A stretch of 64,000 nt of DNA from Caldilineales bacterium (GTDB lineage Bacteria > Chloroflexota > Anaerolineae > JAAEKA01), in NCBI GenBank assembly GCA_025055015.1, contig JANWYQ010000131.1, positions 1,856 through 65,855 on the forward strand, in the 5' to 3' direction. The position numbers were made by a program, and so were the translations under genes. The notes beneath the pieces are model-generated. The model did not search any database. It worked only from the letters and a program-made list of their open reading frames with translations, and was not told where the DNA came from. Shown piece after piece: positions 1-9,321 of the stretch (positions are counted from its first letter, which is position 1; each line of letters opens with the position of its first letter).

Positions 1-168
1 CTTGGTCCGACGCTGGTGGACGCCCAAGCCAGCAGATCGGCCAGCGGCTGCGCCTTGGGATTGATGGCCAGCTGGTCGCTGGCGGTGCCCAAGGGCGCGT
101 AGACCGCCAGAGCAGGGTAGACATCGCCCACGAGTTGGCCAACGGTGACATCGAAGTTGTGGTACATG
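1..168 (-). CDS. hypothetical protein, 3' portion outside the window (not in the ORF track because it has no stop in the window)
   Basis: ATG at 166-168 (minus strand) is preceded by GGAGG 8 nt upstream. The reading frame to the window edge shows a strong G/C third-position bias and no stop. The first residues read MYHNFDVTVGQLVGDVYPALAVYAPLG. Confidence 0.35.
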
Positions 169-181
169 GTGCCTCCAAGGG

Positions 182-706
182 CTAGGGCAGTTGGAGCAGC
201 AGGCCATCGGCCCACAGGCCGGCTAGGCCGCCCAAGGTCAGAAACACTCCGTAGGGCAGGGCAATGTCTTGGCGGTAGGTGTTGCGGGCCAGGTGCCACA
301 GCAACAGCGCCAACGCCGCCAGGCCACCTGCCAACACGCCGATCAGCAGCGCCGGCAAAGCCGCTGGCCAGCGACACACCACCCCCACCAGCAGAGCGAG
401 CTTGACGTCTCCGAAGCCCAGGGCCGGTGCCGACTGGCCACGAGCACGAGACCAGCCCAAGCCGAGCAAGTACAACGGGCCGAAGAGAACCAGCGCGATC
501 AGACCGCCCATGATCGCAGCGCCCAGGGGTGCTCGTCCTTCCCAGGCTGCCCCGGCGAGAGCCGCAACTGCGCCGGCCAGGGTGAGCCAGTCGGGGATGC
601 GACGGCGTTGCCAGTCGTAGGCTGCCGCAAGGATGAGCAAGGCGCTCCAGGCCAGCGGCTGCCAACTTTCTGCGAGTCGGTCTCCCTGTGCTACAATCGA
701 GACCAT
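182..706 (-). CDS. short type IV prepilin peptidase (A24 family) lacking the N-terminal domain, TadV/FlaK-like
   Basis: GFGDVKLALLVGVV motif and multiple TM helices typical of peptidase A24. The ORF as called extends to 895, but the coding-like sequence starts near the Met at 706. Confidence 0.55.
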   Translation of the reverse strand: MVSIVAQGDRLAESWQPLAWSALLILAAAYDWQRRRIPDWLTLAGAVAALAGAAWEGRAPLGAAIMGGLIALVLFGPLYLLGLGWSRARGQSAPALGFGDVKLALLVGVVCRWPAALPALLIGVLAGGLAALALLLWHLARNTYRQDIALPYGVFLTLGGLAGLWADGLLLQLP

Positions 707-1514
707 GAAGAGCCACTTTCTGGATCGGATCAGCATCGCCGCCTGGTCGGTGACGATGCTGCTGGCGTTGAGCGCTGTGCTGGCGCTGCCGCCGAAGGGA
801 GCAAACCTCATCGTCGGCAACACTACGGTGACGTTGCCCGCCGATTTGGCTTCGCTGTTCCCGCCGCTGTTGGCCCTACTGAGCGGGCTGGGCACGGAGG
901 CGGTCCTGCGCGCTCATCCCATCGCCGAGGCGGGCGGCCTTCGGTTCTCAGCGCGCTACTGGGCGCTGCCCGTTGCCTTGACCATGATCGCCGCGGTGCT
1001 GCAGCCCCAGGCGCCGTCTGCCCTCTACCAGGCGCTGGGCCTGTTGGCCTTCGCCCTCCTGCTGAGCGGCGTGTTGGCAGCGCTGTACTACAGCTTGGAC
1101 GCCCAGGGAGTGGGCTACCGGCGGGCGCGGGCTTGGCTCAACCTGACTTGCTACGCGGTGGCGCTGCTGCTCTTCCTCCTCATTCCCCGTTCGTGGGGGA
1201 TCGCGGCTCGCAGCGCGGTGACGGGCGGCGTGGCGCTGCTCCTGGCCCTGGAGCTGCTGCGGGGCACGCAGCTGGGAGGCCAGCGGGTCGGTCTGTACGC
1301 TGCGATCGTGGCCGCAGTGATGGCAGAGGTAGCCCTGGTGTTGCCCCTGCTGGGCCGCAGCGAGCTGTCCAACGGCCTGCTGCTGTTGCTGCTCTTCTAC
1401 CTCCTGGTCAGCTTCTCCTGGCAGACCCTGCTGCGTAGGCTCAACCGTCTGGTGGCGGTGGAGCTGCTGGTGGTGGGGGCTGTGGGGCTGGCCTTGATCT
1501 TGCTCTTTGCCTAG
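705..1514 (+). CDS. polytopic membrane protein, function unknown
   Basis: Multiple hydrophobic helices and G/C third-position bias. The probable start is the internal Met (MKSHFLD) of ORF 633..1514. Confidence 0.5.
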   Translation: MKSHFLDRISIAAWSVTMLLALSAVLALPPKGANLIVGNTTVTLPADLASLFPPLLALLSGLGTEAVLRAHPIAEAGGLRFSARYWALPVALTMIAAVLQPQAPSALYQALGLLAFALLLSGVLAALYYSLDAQGVGYRRARAWLNLTCYAVALLLFLLIPRSWGIAARSAVTGGVALLLALELLRGTQLGGQRVGLYAAIVAAVMAEVALVLPLLGRSELSNGLLLLLLFYLLVSFSWQTLLRRLNRLVAVELLVVGAVGLALILLFA

Positions 1515-1544
1515 GACCGGTAGGACAACTCCGGGGGAGGCATC

Positions 1545-2618
1545 TTACTCGGCAGCGCGCCAGCGGGCCAGCAGCGCCGCGGGTTGATCGCGGTAGGCGG
1601 ACCACGCCTCGTCCCCGCGCACCACGGCCAGGAGCGCGTCGGTCAAGGCGCGGTTGGCCGGTGTGGCCAGCCCCAGCTGCCGGCCGGCTTCCACCACCGC
1701 GCCGTTTAGCCAGGCCACCTCGCTGCGCCCCTTGCCTCGGCTCAGGTCGAGGTACAGCGACGGCAGCTTGTCTCCCCGGCCGCCAACCACAAAGGGGCGC
1801 AGAGCCGGCGCCAACATGCCCACGGGCAGGCGGCGCAGCAGGGGCTCCACCGGCGCCAGGGGATAGCCGCCTAGGTTGATCAACCGCAGCCCTAGCCCGC
1901 GCACGACCGCCATGGCCTCGCGCCACGCCGCCATCTCCAGGCGCACCAGGCCAGGGTGGTCCCACACCTGTTCCGGCGTCCAGCCCAACAGCGCACAGGA
2001 CGCGTTGCACAGCAGGTTCATCACCAGCTTGGTCCACTTGAGGCTGCGCCAGTCGTCGTAGCAGCGCACTTGGAAGCCGGCCCGCTGAAAAGCGGCGGCC
2101 ACGGCGGCCAACGAGGCGCGCCCCGCCGCTGGGTCGGCCGGAAGCTGTACGTCGGCCAGACCGAGCCGGCGGCTGTCTCGCTCCACGACCACGGCGCCGG
2201 GCGCCTCGACGCTGACGGGGGTGGTGATGGCGCCTGCGAGCACGTGGCTGTTGGGGAGGGCAGCCACTGCTGTCTCCTCGTTGCCGACGCCGTTCTGCAG
2301 GGTGAGCACGGGAGGCGGGGAGGCCGTCGCCGCCCGCAGCTCCGCCATGGCCTGAGCCGTGTCGTAGCTCTTGACGGCCAGGATCGCCAGCCCGATGGCA
2401 GGGCTGCCGGCGAGGGCGGCCGCAGTCGAGGGGGCCACGGCGACGCGGCAGGCAAGGGTTTCCCCGTGGGCGGTGCGAAGCTGGAGGCCGGCCTGACGGA
2501 TGCGCTCCCCGGCGTCCCCGCGCGCCACCAGGATCACCGGCTGGCCGCTCAGGGCCATAGAGGCCGCTACGAAGGTGCCGATGGCGCCGGCGCCAACGAC
2601 GAGGTAGGGCTGGGTCAT
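1545..2618 (-). CDS. panE: 2-dehydropantoate 2-reductase (ketopantoate reductase)
   Basis: N-terminal VVGAGAIG Rossmann motif and the conserved SLYLDLSRGKGRSEV...NGAVV ApbA/PanE C-terminal region. Confidence 0.8.
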   Translation of the reverse strand: MTQPYLVVGAGAIGTFVAASMALSGQPVILVARGDAGERIRQAGLQLRTAHGETLACRVAVAPSTAAALAGSPAIGLAILAVKSYDTAQAMAELRAATASPPPVLTLQNGVGNEETAVAALPNSHVLAGAITTPVSVEAPGAVVVERDSRRLGLADVQLPADPAAGRASLAAVAAAFQRAGFQVRCYDDWRSLKWTKLVMNLLCNASCALLGWTPEQVWDHPGLVRLEMAAWREAMAVVRGLGLRLINLGGYPLAPVEPLLRRLPVGMLAPALRPFVVGGRGDKLPSLYLDLSRGKGRSEVAWLNGAVVEAGRQLGLATPANRALTDALLAVVRGDEAWSAYRDQPAALLARWRAAE

Positions 2619-2770
2619 GGCCGCATTGTACCCAAGGGCACCGAACTGTCAACGGCGCCGCCGACGTTGAGAATTTGCGGTCGCCGTTCGTTGACCTATA
2701 ATCGCAGGCAACGGTGGTTGGCAACCGCTTATCGCCAACCTCAAATCCAGAGGAAAGGACCTTACCACGC

Positions 2771-3916
2771 ATGCCCGACCTCTCTGACATGATGGTCTTC
2801 TGGGCTGTCGTTCTGGGCCGGCTGTTCATCCCGCTGTTGATCCCCCTCTACCCACTGCCGGCTGTCATCGCGGCTCTCTTGCTGGATGGGGTGGACCAGA
2901 CCATCTTCCAGGTGTTCACCAACCTCCCCATGGGGCCGTACCAGACCTACGACAAGGCGCTGGACATCTACTACCTGACCATCGCGTACATCTCTACCAT
3001 GCGCAACTGGGTGAGCCTGCCAGCCTTTCGCATCAGCCGCTTCCTGCTCTACTATCGCCTGCTCGGAACGTCGCTGTTTGAGCTGACCCAAATTCGCGCC
3101 TTGCTGCTGATCTTCCCCAACACCTTCGAGTACTTCTTCATCTTTTACGAGGCCGTGCGGAGCCACTGGAACCCCTTGCGGCTGTCAACCAAGCAGTGGC
3201 TCACTGCGGCCGCAGCTATCTGGATTTTCATCAAGCTGCCCCAGGAGTACTGGATCCACGTGGCGAAGCTGGACACCACCGACATGATCAAAACGCGCGT
3301 GTTCGGCGTGCCGCTGGAGGAGAGCTGGATGGTGGCCTTTGCCAATCGGCCGTGGGTGCTGGTGGTCGCTGCCATCGCCCTGGTGCTGGCCTTGCTCTTC
3401 TTCAAGTGGTTGCTGGCCAAGCTGCCGCCCAAGGACTGGAACCTGAAGCTGAAGGCCGATCCTCTGCCGGAGTACATTGACGAGCGCCGCGAGCAGCTGG
3501 CCGTGCAAGCCCGCTCCAAAGTCCTACGGGCTGTGTTGCTGGAGAAGTTCGCCCTGGTGGCGCTGGTGGGCCTGATCTTCGCCAACCTGTTGCCCCGGGT
3601 GTCGGCCACCAACTGGGAGCTGTACGCCCTGATCGGCATGGTGGTGGTGATCAACGCCTTTCTGAGCCATTGGTTGGCGCTGCACGGCCGCGGCTGGCGG
3701 TCTATCGCTCGCGAGTTCGTGGTGATGTCGCTGGTCAACCTTGGCCTAACCTACTTGGGGCATTGGCTAATTGGCCAGCGCGGCGTCCGGCTGGACCTTC
3801 CGGTGACCCTGTTCATGGTGATGCTGCTGACGCTGATGGTGGTCCTGTTCGACCGCTACCGGGTGATCTACGAGGCACGGCTGGCCGTGGAGGGCGAGGC
3901 AGGGATGGGCGCCTGA
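2771..3916 (+). CDS. polytopic membrane protein, function unknown
   Basis: AGGAAAGGA ribosome-binding site before ATG 2771 and about 9 hydrophobic helices. Divergent from panE. Confidence 0.55.
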   Translation: MPDLSDMMVFWAVVLGRLFIPLLIPLYPLPAVIAALLLDGVDQTIFQVFTNLPMGPYQTYDKALDIYYLTIAYISTMRNWVSLPAFRISRFLLYYRLLGTSLFELTQIRALLLIFPNTFEYFFIFYEAVRSHWNPLRLSTKQWLTAAAAIWIFIKLPQEYWIHVAKLDTTDMIKTRVFGVPLEESWMVAFANRPWVLVVAAIALVLALLFFKWLLAKLPPKDWNLKLKADPLPEYIDERREQLAVQARSKVLRAVLLEKFALVALVGLIFANLLPRVSATNWELYALIGMVVVINAFLSHWLALHGRGWRSIAREFVVMSLVNLGLTYLGHWLIGQRGVRLDLPVTLFMVMLLTLMVVLFDRYRVIYEARLAVEGEAGMGA

Positions 3917-3919
3917 GGG

Positions 3920-4393
3920 TTAGGCCCCTTGCCGCCACGGGGGCGCCAGGAGGGCAAAGGCGACGGCCGGGGCTGCGCCGGCCAACGCCCATCCGCCTAG
4001 GCTGGACAGGGCGAGCTCGGTCGCCGTGGTGGGCTGGGTCATCAGGCCCAAGCCCACCCAGATGGCCGCGCCGCAGAGCGCCCACAGCGCCAGCCACGCC
4101 GTGCGCCAGCGGAGGGACGTGGGCCAGCGGCGCTGAACCAGGCGGTAGCTGACCAGTCCGCCGGCCAGGCCGGTCAGCGCGCCGACCACGGGGAAGAGGA
4201 TGCGCTCCAAGGCTTCAGCGCTGTCGCCGATGTCGGCGCCCCCCATCTCCGCCACCACCGCGGCGGCCATGAGCAGGGCGAGAGCCGTGGCCATGGCCAG
4301 GGTGGCGGCGATGGCGGCGGCCGCGCCGAGAAGGCTGTACCCGGCAAAACGCAGAAAGTTCTTCGGAGGGGAGGAGGGGGACGGGGGCTGCAT
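3920..4393 (-). CDS. small membrane protein, function unknown
   Basis: Four predicted TM helices. Convergent with the previous gene. Confidence 0.4.
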   Translation of the reverse strand: MQPPSPSSPPKNFLRFAGYSLLGAAAAIAATLAMATALALLMAAAVVAEMGGADIGDSAEALERILFPVVGALTGLAGGLVSYRLVQRRWPTSLRWRTAWLALWALCGAAIWVGLGLMTQPTTATELALSSLGGWALAGAAPAVAFALLAPPWRQGA

Positions 4394-4622
4394 CGGATTT
4401 GCTCAGTTGGGCGAGGGCTTCGGGACGGCGCCGGTCTCCGGATGATCGCGTCTCGGCCATTGTACGACGGGACGCACGCCGCGTCAACCGCAGCGCAGCT
4501 CTCCGTATCCGGACAAGGCGACACTTGTACCTGGGCGGCTGTTGGGGGTAAAATAGGGCAGCACGCAAGCCGACAAATGCCCAGGCGCAAAGGCTTCGAC
4601 CAGACGCCACAGTGAGCCCTCC

Positions 4623-5138
4623 ATGAACGAGCAACAAGATCCCCGGCGCCGAGCGGACCAGGCCGACAGCTGGACCCAGGCCATGGCCCTCTTCCGCGAG
4701 GGCTATGAGCTGCAGGTGCAGGGGCTTTGGGCCGACGCGATGGCGCGCTACCGCGAGTCGATCTGCCTGCATCCCACCGCCGAGGCGCATACCTTCCTGG
4801 GCTGGGTCTACAGCTTCCTCAAGCTGTACGACGAGGCCATCGCCGAGTGCCAGAAGGCCATCGCCGTGGACCCCACCTTCGGCAACCCGTACAACGACAT
4901 CGGCGCCTATCTGATCGAGCTGGGCCGGCCGGAGGAGGCGATCGCCTGGTTCGAGCGCGCGATCCAGGCCCCCCGCTACGACGCCCGCTGCTATCCCTTC
5001 TACAACCTGGGCCGGGTGTACGAGAAGCGAGGGCAGTGGGTGCGGGCCCTGCACTACTACCGCCTGGCCCTGCGCGAGAACCCCGGTTACCACTTGGCGC
5101 GCGCTGCGCTGATGGACCTGCAGGCGCGGCTGAACTGA
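4623..5138 (+). CDS. TPR-repeat protein
   Basis: Three to four tetratricopeptide-like repeats (W/LG/Y, A-x3-Y/F-x2-A-x4-P pattern, e.g. AIAWFERAIQAPRYDARCYPFYNLGRVYEKRGQW). Confidence 0.6.
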   Translation: MNEQQDPRRRADQADSWTQAMALFREGYELQVQGLWADAMARYRESICLHPTAEAHTFLGWVYSFLKLYDEAIAECQKAIAVDPTFGNPYNDIGAYLIELGRPEEAIAWFERAIQAPRYDARCYPFYNLGRVYEKRGQWVRALHYYRLALRENPGYHLARAALMDLQARLN

Positions 5139-5204
5139 GCGGCTTGCGGACTTGACAAATCCCCCGGAGTAGCTATACTCGCAGCCCACAACCGAATACG
5201 TCCG

Positions 5205-5390
5205 ATGCTCTTATCCAGAGAGGCGGAGGGACCGGCCCGATGAAGCCTCGGCAACCAGGATACGGAGCGGACGGCGGTGAACAGCCTGGCGACTGACGTT
5301 TCCAACGGTGGAGCAGCCGCCGTTCATCGGCCCCGCAGCCCGGTCCATGGTGCCAATTCCGGCAGACGAAGTCTGGAAGATGAGATCAGG
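5205..5390 (+). ncRNA. SAM-I (S-box) riboswitch aptamer
   Basis: CTCTTATCCAGAGAGGCGGAGGGACCGGCCCGATGAAGCCTCGGCAACC ... GGTGCCAATTCCGGCAGACGAAGTCTGGAAGATGAGAT matches the S-box consensus (P1 UCUUAUC/GAUGAGA, GGAGGGA, GCCCGAUGAA, GCAACC, GGUGCNAAUUCC). It has an unusually long insertion at P3 and lies upstream of metY. Confidence 0.75.
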
Positions 5391-5477
5391 CGGCGTAGCA
5401 AGCTTACTGCCTCATCCCCAGCCGGGGATTTTTTTATCCCCGGCGCAGGTAGGCAACCACCCCAAGGTACCCCACGC

Positions 5478-5512
5478 GCCCTCTCGTCTACCAGGCGAGA
5501 GGGCTTTTTGTT
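5478..5512 (+). terminator. intrinsic terminator of the riboswitch expression platform
   Basis: CCCTCTCG-tctaccagg-CGAGAGGG hairpin followed by CTTTTTGTT. Confidence 0.55.
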
Positions 5513-5575
5513 GGCCACTGCGCTCGACCGACGCCGAGAGCCTGCACCTGTCCCCGTTCCCAGGACGGTGCCTAG

Positions 5576-7024
<1,449 letters not shown>

Positions 7025-7173
7025 GGGGGAGACGGGTAGATGGGCAGATTGGGGAGCGGTGGGTTGGTAGACCGAAAACCGTGGACCAACCCGCCGCTCG
7101 CCCATCGGTTAGCCCCTATCTCGACCACAAAGTCACCGAGGTGCCGAGCCGCTCCCAATCCCCACCTAACCCA

Positions 7174-7208
7174 CTCACCGTTCACCGTTCACCGTTCACT
7201 GTTCACCG
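7174..7208. repeat. tandem repeat (CACCGTTCAC)x3-4 immediately upstream of the metX start
   Basis: ctcaccgttcaccgttcaccgttcactgttcaccgcc read directly from the sequence. Confidence 0.7.
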
Positions 7209-7210
7209 CC

Positions 7211-8371
7211 ATGTTCCCTCCCAACTCCGTCGGCCTGGTCAAAACCGAGTACTTCACCTTCGCCCACGACGAGCCCTTCCGGCTGGAGAGCGGCGCCACG
7301 CTGCGGCCGGTCACCATCGCCTACGAGACCTACGGCCGCCTCAACGCCGACCGCTCCAACGCCGTGCTGATCTGCCATGCGCTCAGCGGCGGCGCACATG
7401 CGGCCGGCTACCACCGCCCCGAGGACCCGCAGCCTGGCTGGTGGGACGACTGCATCGGGCCCGGCAAGGCCTTCGACACGAACCGTTTCTTCGTGATCTG
7501 CAGCAACGTGCTGGGAAGCTGCTACGGCTCCAGCGGGCCCACTAGCGTTGACCCGGCCACGGGCAAGCCCTACGGCCTGCGCTTTCCGGTAGTGACCATC
7601 GGCGACATGGTGAACGCGCAGGAGCGGCTGATAGACCACCTGGGCATCGAGCGGCTGCTGTGCGTGGCCGGCGGTTCCATGGGCGGCATGCAGGTGCTGG
7701 AGTGGGCCGCGCACCACCCGCAGCGGGTGCGGGCCGCCATCCCCATCGCCACCACGGCCCGCCACAGCCCCATGCTCATCGCGTTCAGCGAGGTGGGCCG
7801 CCAGGCCATCTACGCCGACCCGGCCTGGAACAACGGCGACTACTACGACAACGGCCGCCGGCCCGACGCCGGCCTGGCCGTGGCGCGCATGGTGGGCCAC
7901 ATCACCTATCTCAGCGAGCAGTCCATGCACGAGAAGTTCGGCCGCCGGCTGCGGGAGCGGGAGCGCTACGGCTACGAGTTCCAGACCGAGTTCGAGGTCG
8001 AGAGCTACTTGAAGTACAACGGGCTAAAGTTCACCCGGCGCTTCGACGCCAACAGCTACCTGTACATCACCAAGGCCATGGACTACTTCGACCTCACCCA
8101 GCCCCACGGGTCCCTGGCCGCGGCCTTCGCTAACTCCGCCCACGTCAAGTTCCTGGTGATTAGCTTCACCAGCGACTGGCTCTACCCCAGCTACCACAGC
8201 AAGCAGCTGGTCAGCGCGCTGACCGCTGTGGGCGCGGATGTCACCTACCTGGACATCCAGAGCACCTGGGGCCACGACGCGTTCCTGCTGGAGGTGGACA
8301 CCATGACCAAGCTGCTGAGCAGCTTCATGGACCAGATCGCGCGCGAGGCCCAGGTCACGCCACCGGATTGA
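7211..8371 (+). CDS. metX: homoserine O-acetyltransferase
   Basis: Alpha/beta-hydrolase MetX signature (RLESGATL...IAYETYG, GGSMGGMQ nucleophile elbow). Start chosen at MFPPNSV by homology. Confidence 0.9.
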   Translation: MFPPNSVGLVKTEYFTFAHDEPFRLESGATLRPVTIAYETYGRLNADRSNAVLICHALSGGAHAAGYHRPEDPQPGWWDDCIGPGKAFDTNRFFVICSNVLGSCYGSSGPTSVDPATGKPYGLRFPVVTIGDMVNAQERLIDHLGIERLLCVAGGSMGGMQVLEWAAHHPQRVRAAIPIATTARHSPMLIAFSEVGRQAIYADPAWNNGDYYDNGRRPDAGLAVARMVGHITYLSEQSMHEKFGRRLRERERYGYEFQTEFEVESYLKYNGLKFTRRFDANSYLYITKAMDYFDLTQPHGSLAAAFANSAHVKFLVISFTSDWLYPSYHSKQLVSALTAVGADVTYLDIQSTWGHDAFLLEVDTMTKLLSSFMDQIAREAQVTPPD

Positions 8372-8490
8372 ACCTCAACCGAGCCGTCCGCCCGCAGGCT
8401 TCGGACGTGGACGGACACCAATGGAGCCGATGAGCGCAGGTACCGCAGAGGTGCCTTCCATCCTGCGCTCATCGGCGCCCCCAATTCACC

Positions 8491-9153
8491 ATGCTCTCTA
8501 CGCCCTCTCTCTCGACCCCTGCGACGGCGTCTACCGACGTGCTGGTTCTGCGCCCGGACCTGCTGGCCATCGCCGACATGGTGCCGCCGGGCGTCAAGCT
8601 GCTGGACCTGGGCTGCGGCGACGGCAGCCTGCTGCTGCACCTGGCCCGCACCAAGGAGGTGAAGGGCCGCGGCATCGAGCTCAGCGAGGCGGGCGTGCTG
8701 GCCTGCGTGCGCCGCGGGCTCAGCGTGCGCCAGGGCCACCTGGAGGAGGGGCTGGCCGATTACCCCGACCACAGCTTCGACGTGGTGGTGCTCAGCCAGA
8801 CCCTGCCCTTCCTGGACGACCCGGCGGCTATTCTGCGCGAGATGCTGCGGGTCGGACGCTGTGCGCTGGTCAGCTTCCCCAACTGGGGCTACTGGCGCTG
8901 TCGGCTGGAGCTGCTGTTCACCGGCCGCATCCCCCAGGCGCCTGACCTGCCCCAGGCGTGGCACGAGGCTCCCCGCTGGCAAGCCTTCACCATCACCGAC
9001 TTCGCCCGCTTCTGCCGAAGCCAGGACGTGCGCATCACCGGGGAGGTCTATCTCATGCACGGCCGGCGGGTGCGGATCATCAAGGTCAAGAACCTGCTGG
9101 CTACCACAGCCATCTTTCGCCTGGAGCCGGCGGCCCGCAACGGGGGGCGGTGA
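8491..9153 (+). CDS. metW: methionine biosynthesis protein MetW
   Basis: LRPDL..I...VPPG.KLLDLGCGDG...SFDVVVLSQTL...ILREMLRVGR..LVSFPNWGYWRCR matches MetW almost position by position. Confidence 0.8.
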   Translation: MLSTPSLSTPATASTDVLVLRPDLLAIADMVPPGVKLLDLGCGDGSLLLHLARTKEVKGRGIELSEAGVLACVRRGLSVRQGHLEEGLADYPDHSFDVVVLSQTLPFLDDPAAILREMLRVGRCALVSFPNWGYWRCRLELLFTGRIPQAPDLPQAWHEAPRWQAFTITDFARFCRSQDVRITGEVYLMHGRRVRIIKVKNLLATTAIFRLEPAARNGGR

Positions 9154-9321
9154 GTCTTGCGCAGCGGGAGCCAGTGACGCCGACGGGGTTGTAGCCCAAG
9201 TTGGCTCACAACCACGAAGACGCCAAGACCCGGAGAAGAGGAACCGGCAACGGACGTTTTCGTGGCTTTGTGGTCGCCGAGAGCTGACTCTAGCCGGCGA
9301 GGAGCCTCTGATCCGGATCCC

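Noticed and set aside
2716-2740. GGTTGGC-N11-GCCAACC inverted repeat in the leader of the 2771 membrane-protein gene, and the similar GGGTTGGT-N16-ACCAACCC at 7058-7090
   Set aside because: These short GC-rich palindromes are common by chance in this composition, with no supporting conservation. Noted only as possible hairpins.
1441-2829. 462-aa minus-strand ORF overlapping panE, plus many similar long ORFs elsewhere (e.g. 4215..5189-, 9262..11271+, 9290..11209-, 11188..12669-, 14579..15745-, 15776..16981-, 17305..18159-, 18777..19700+, 20717..21790+, 21739..23892-, 24025..25245+, 25466..26527+, 26926..29583-, 28698..29867+, 33044..35134+, 36208..38919-, 40234..41133-, 41234..42880-, 45313..46131-, 45402..47015+, 47047..47889-, 50251..51345-, 51385..52683-, 53503..54798-, 57292..58506-, 61957..63741-)
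   Set aside because: These are Arg/Pro/Gly/Ala-rich translations with no domain signatures, lying antisense or out of frame to well-supported genes. They are typical shadow ORFs of a roughly 70% GC genome, and the G/C third-position bias favours the annotated frame.
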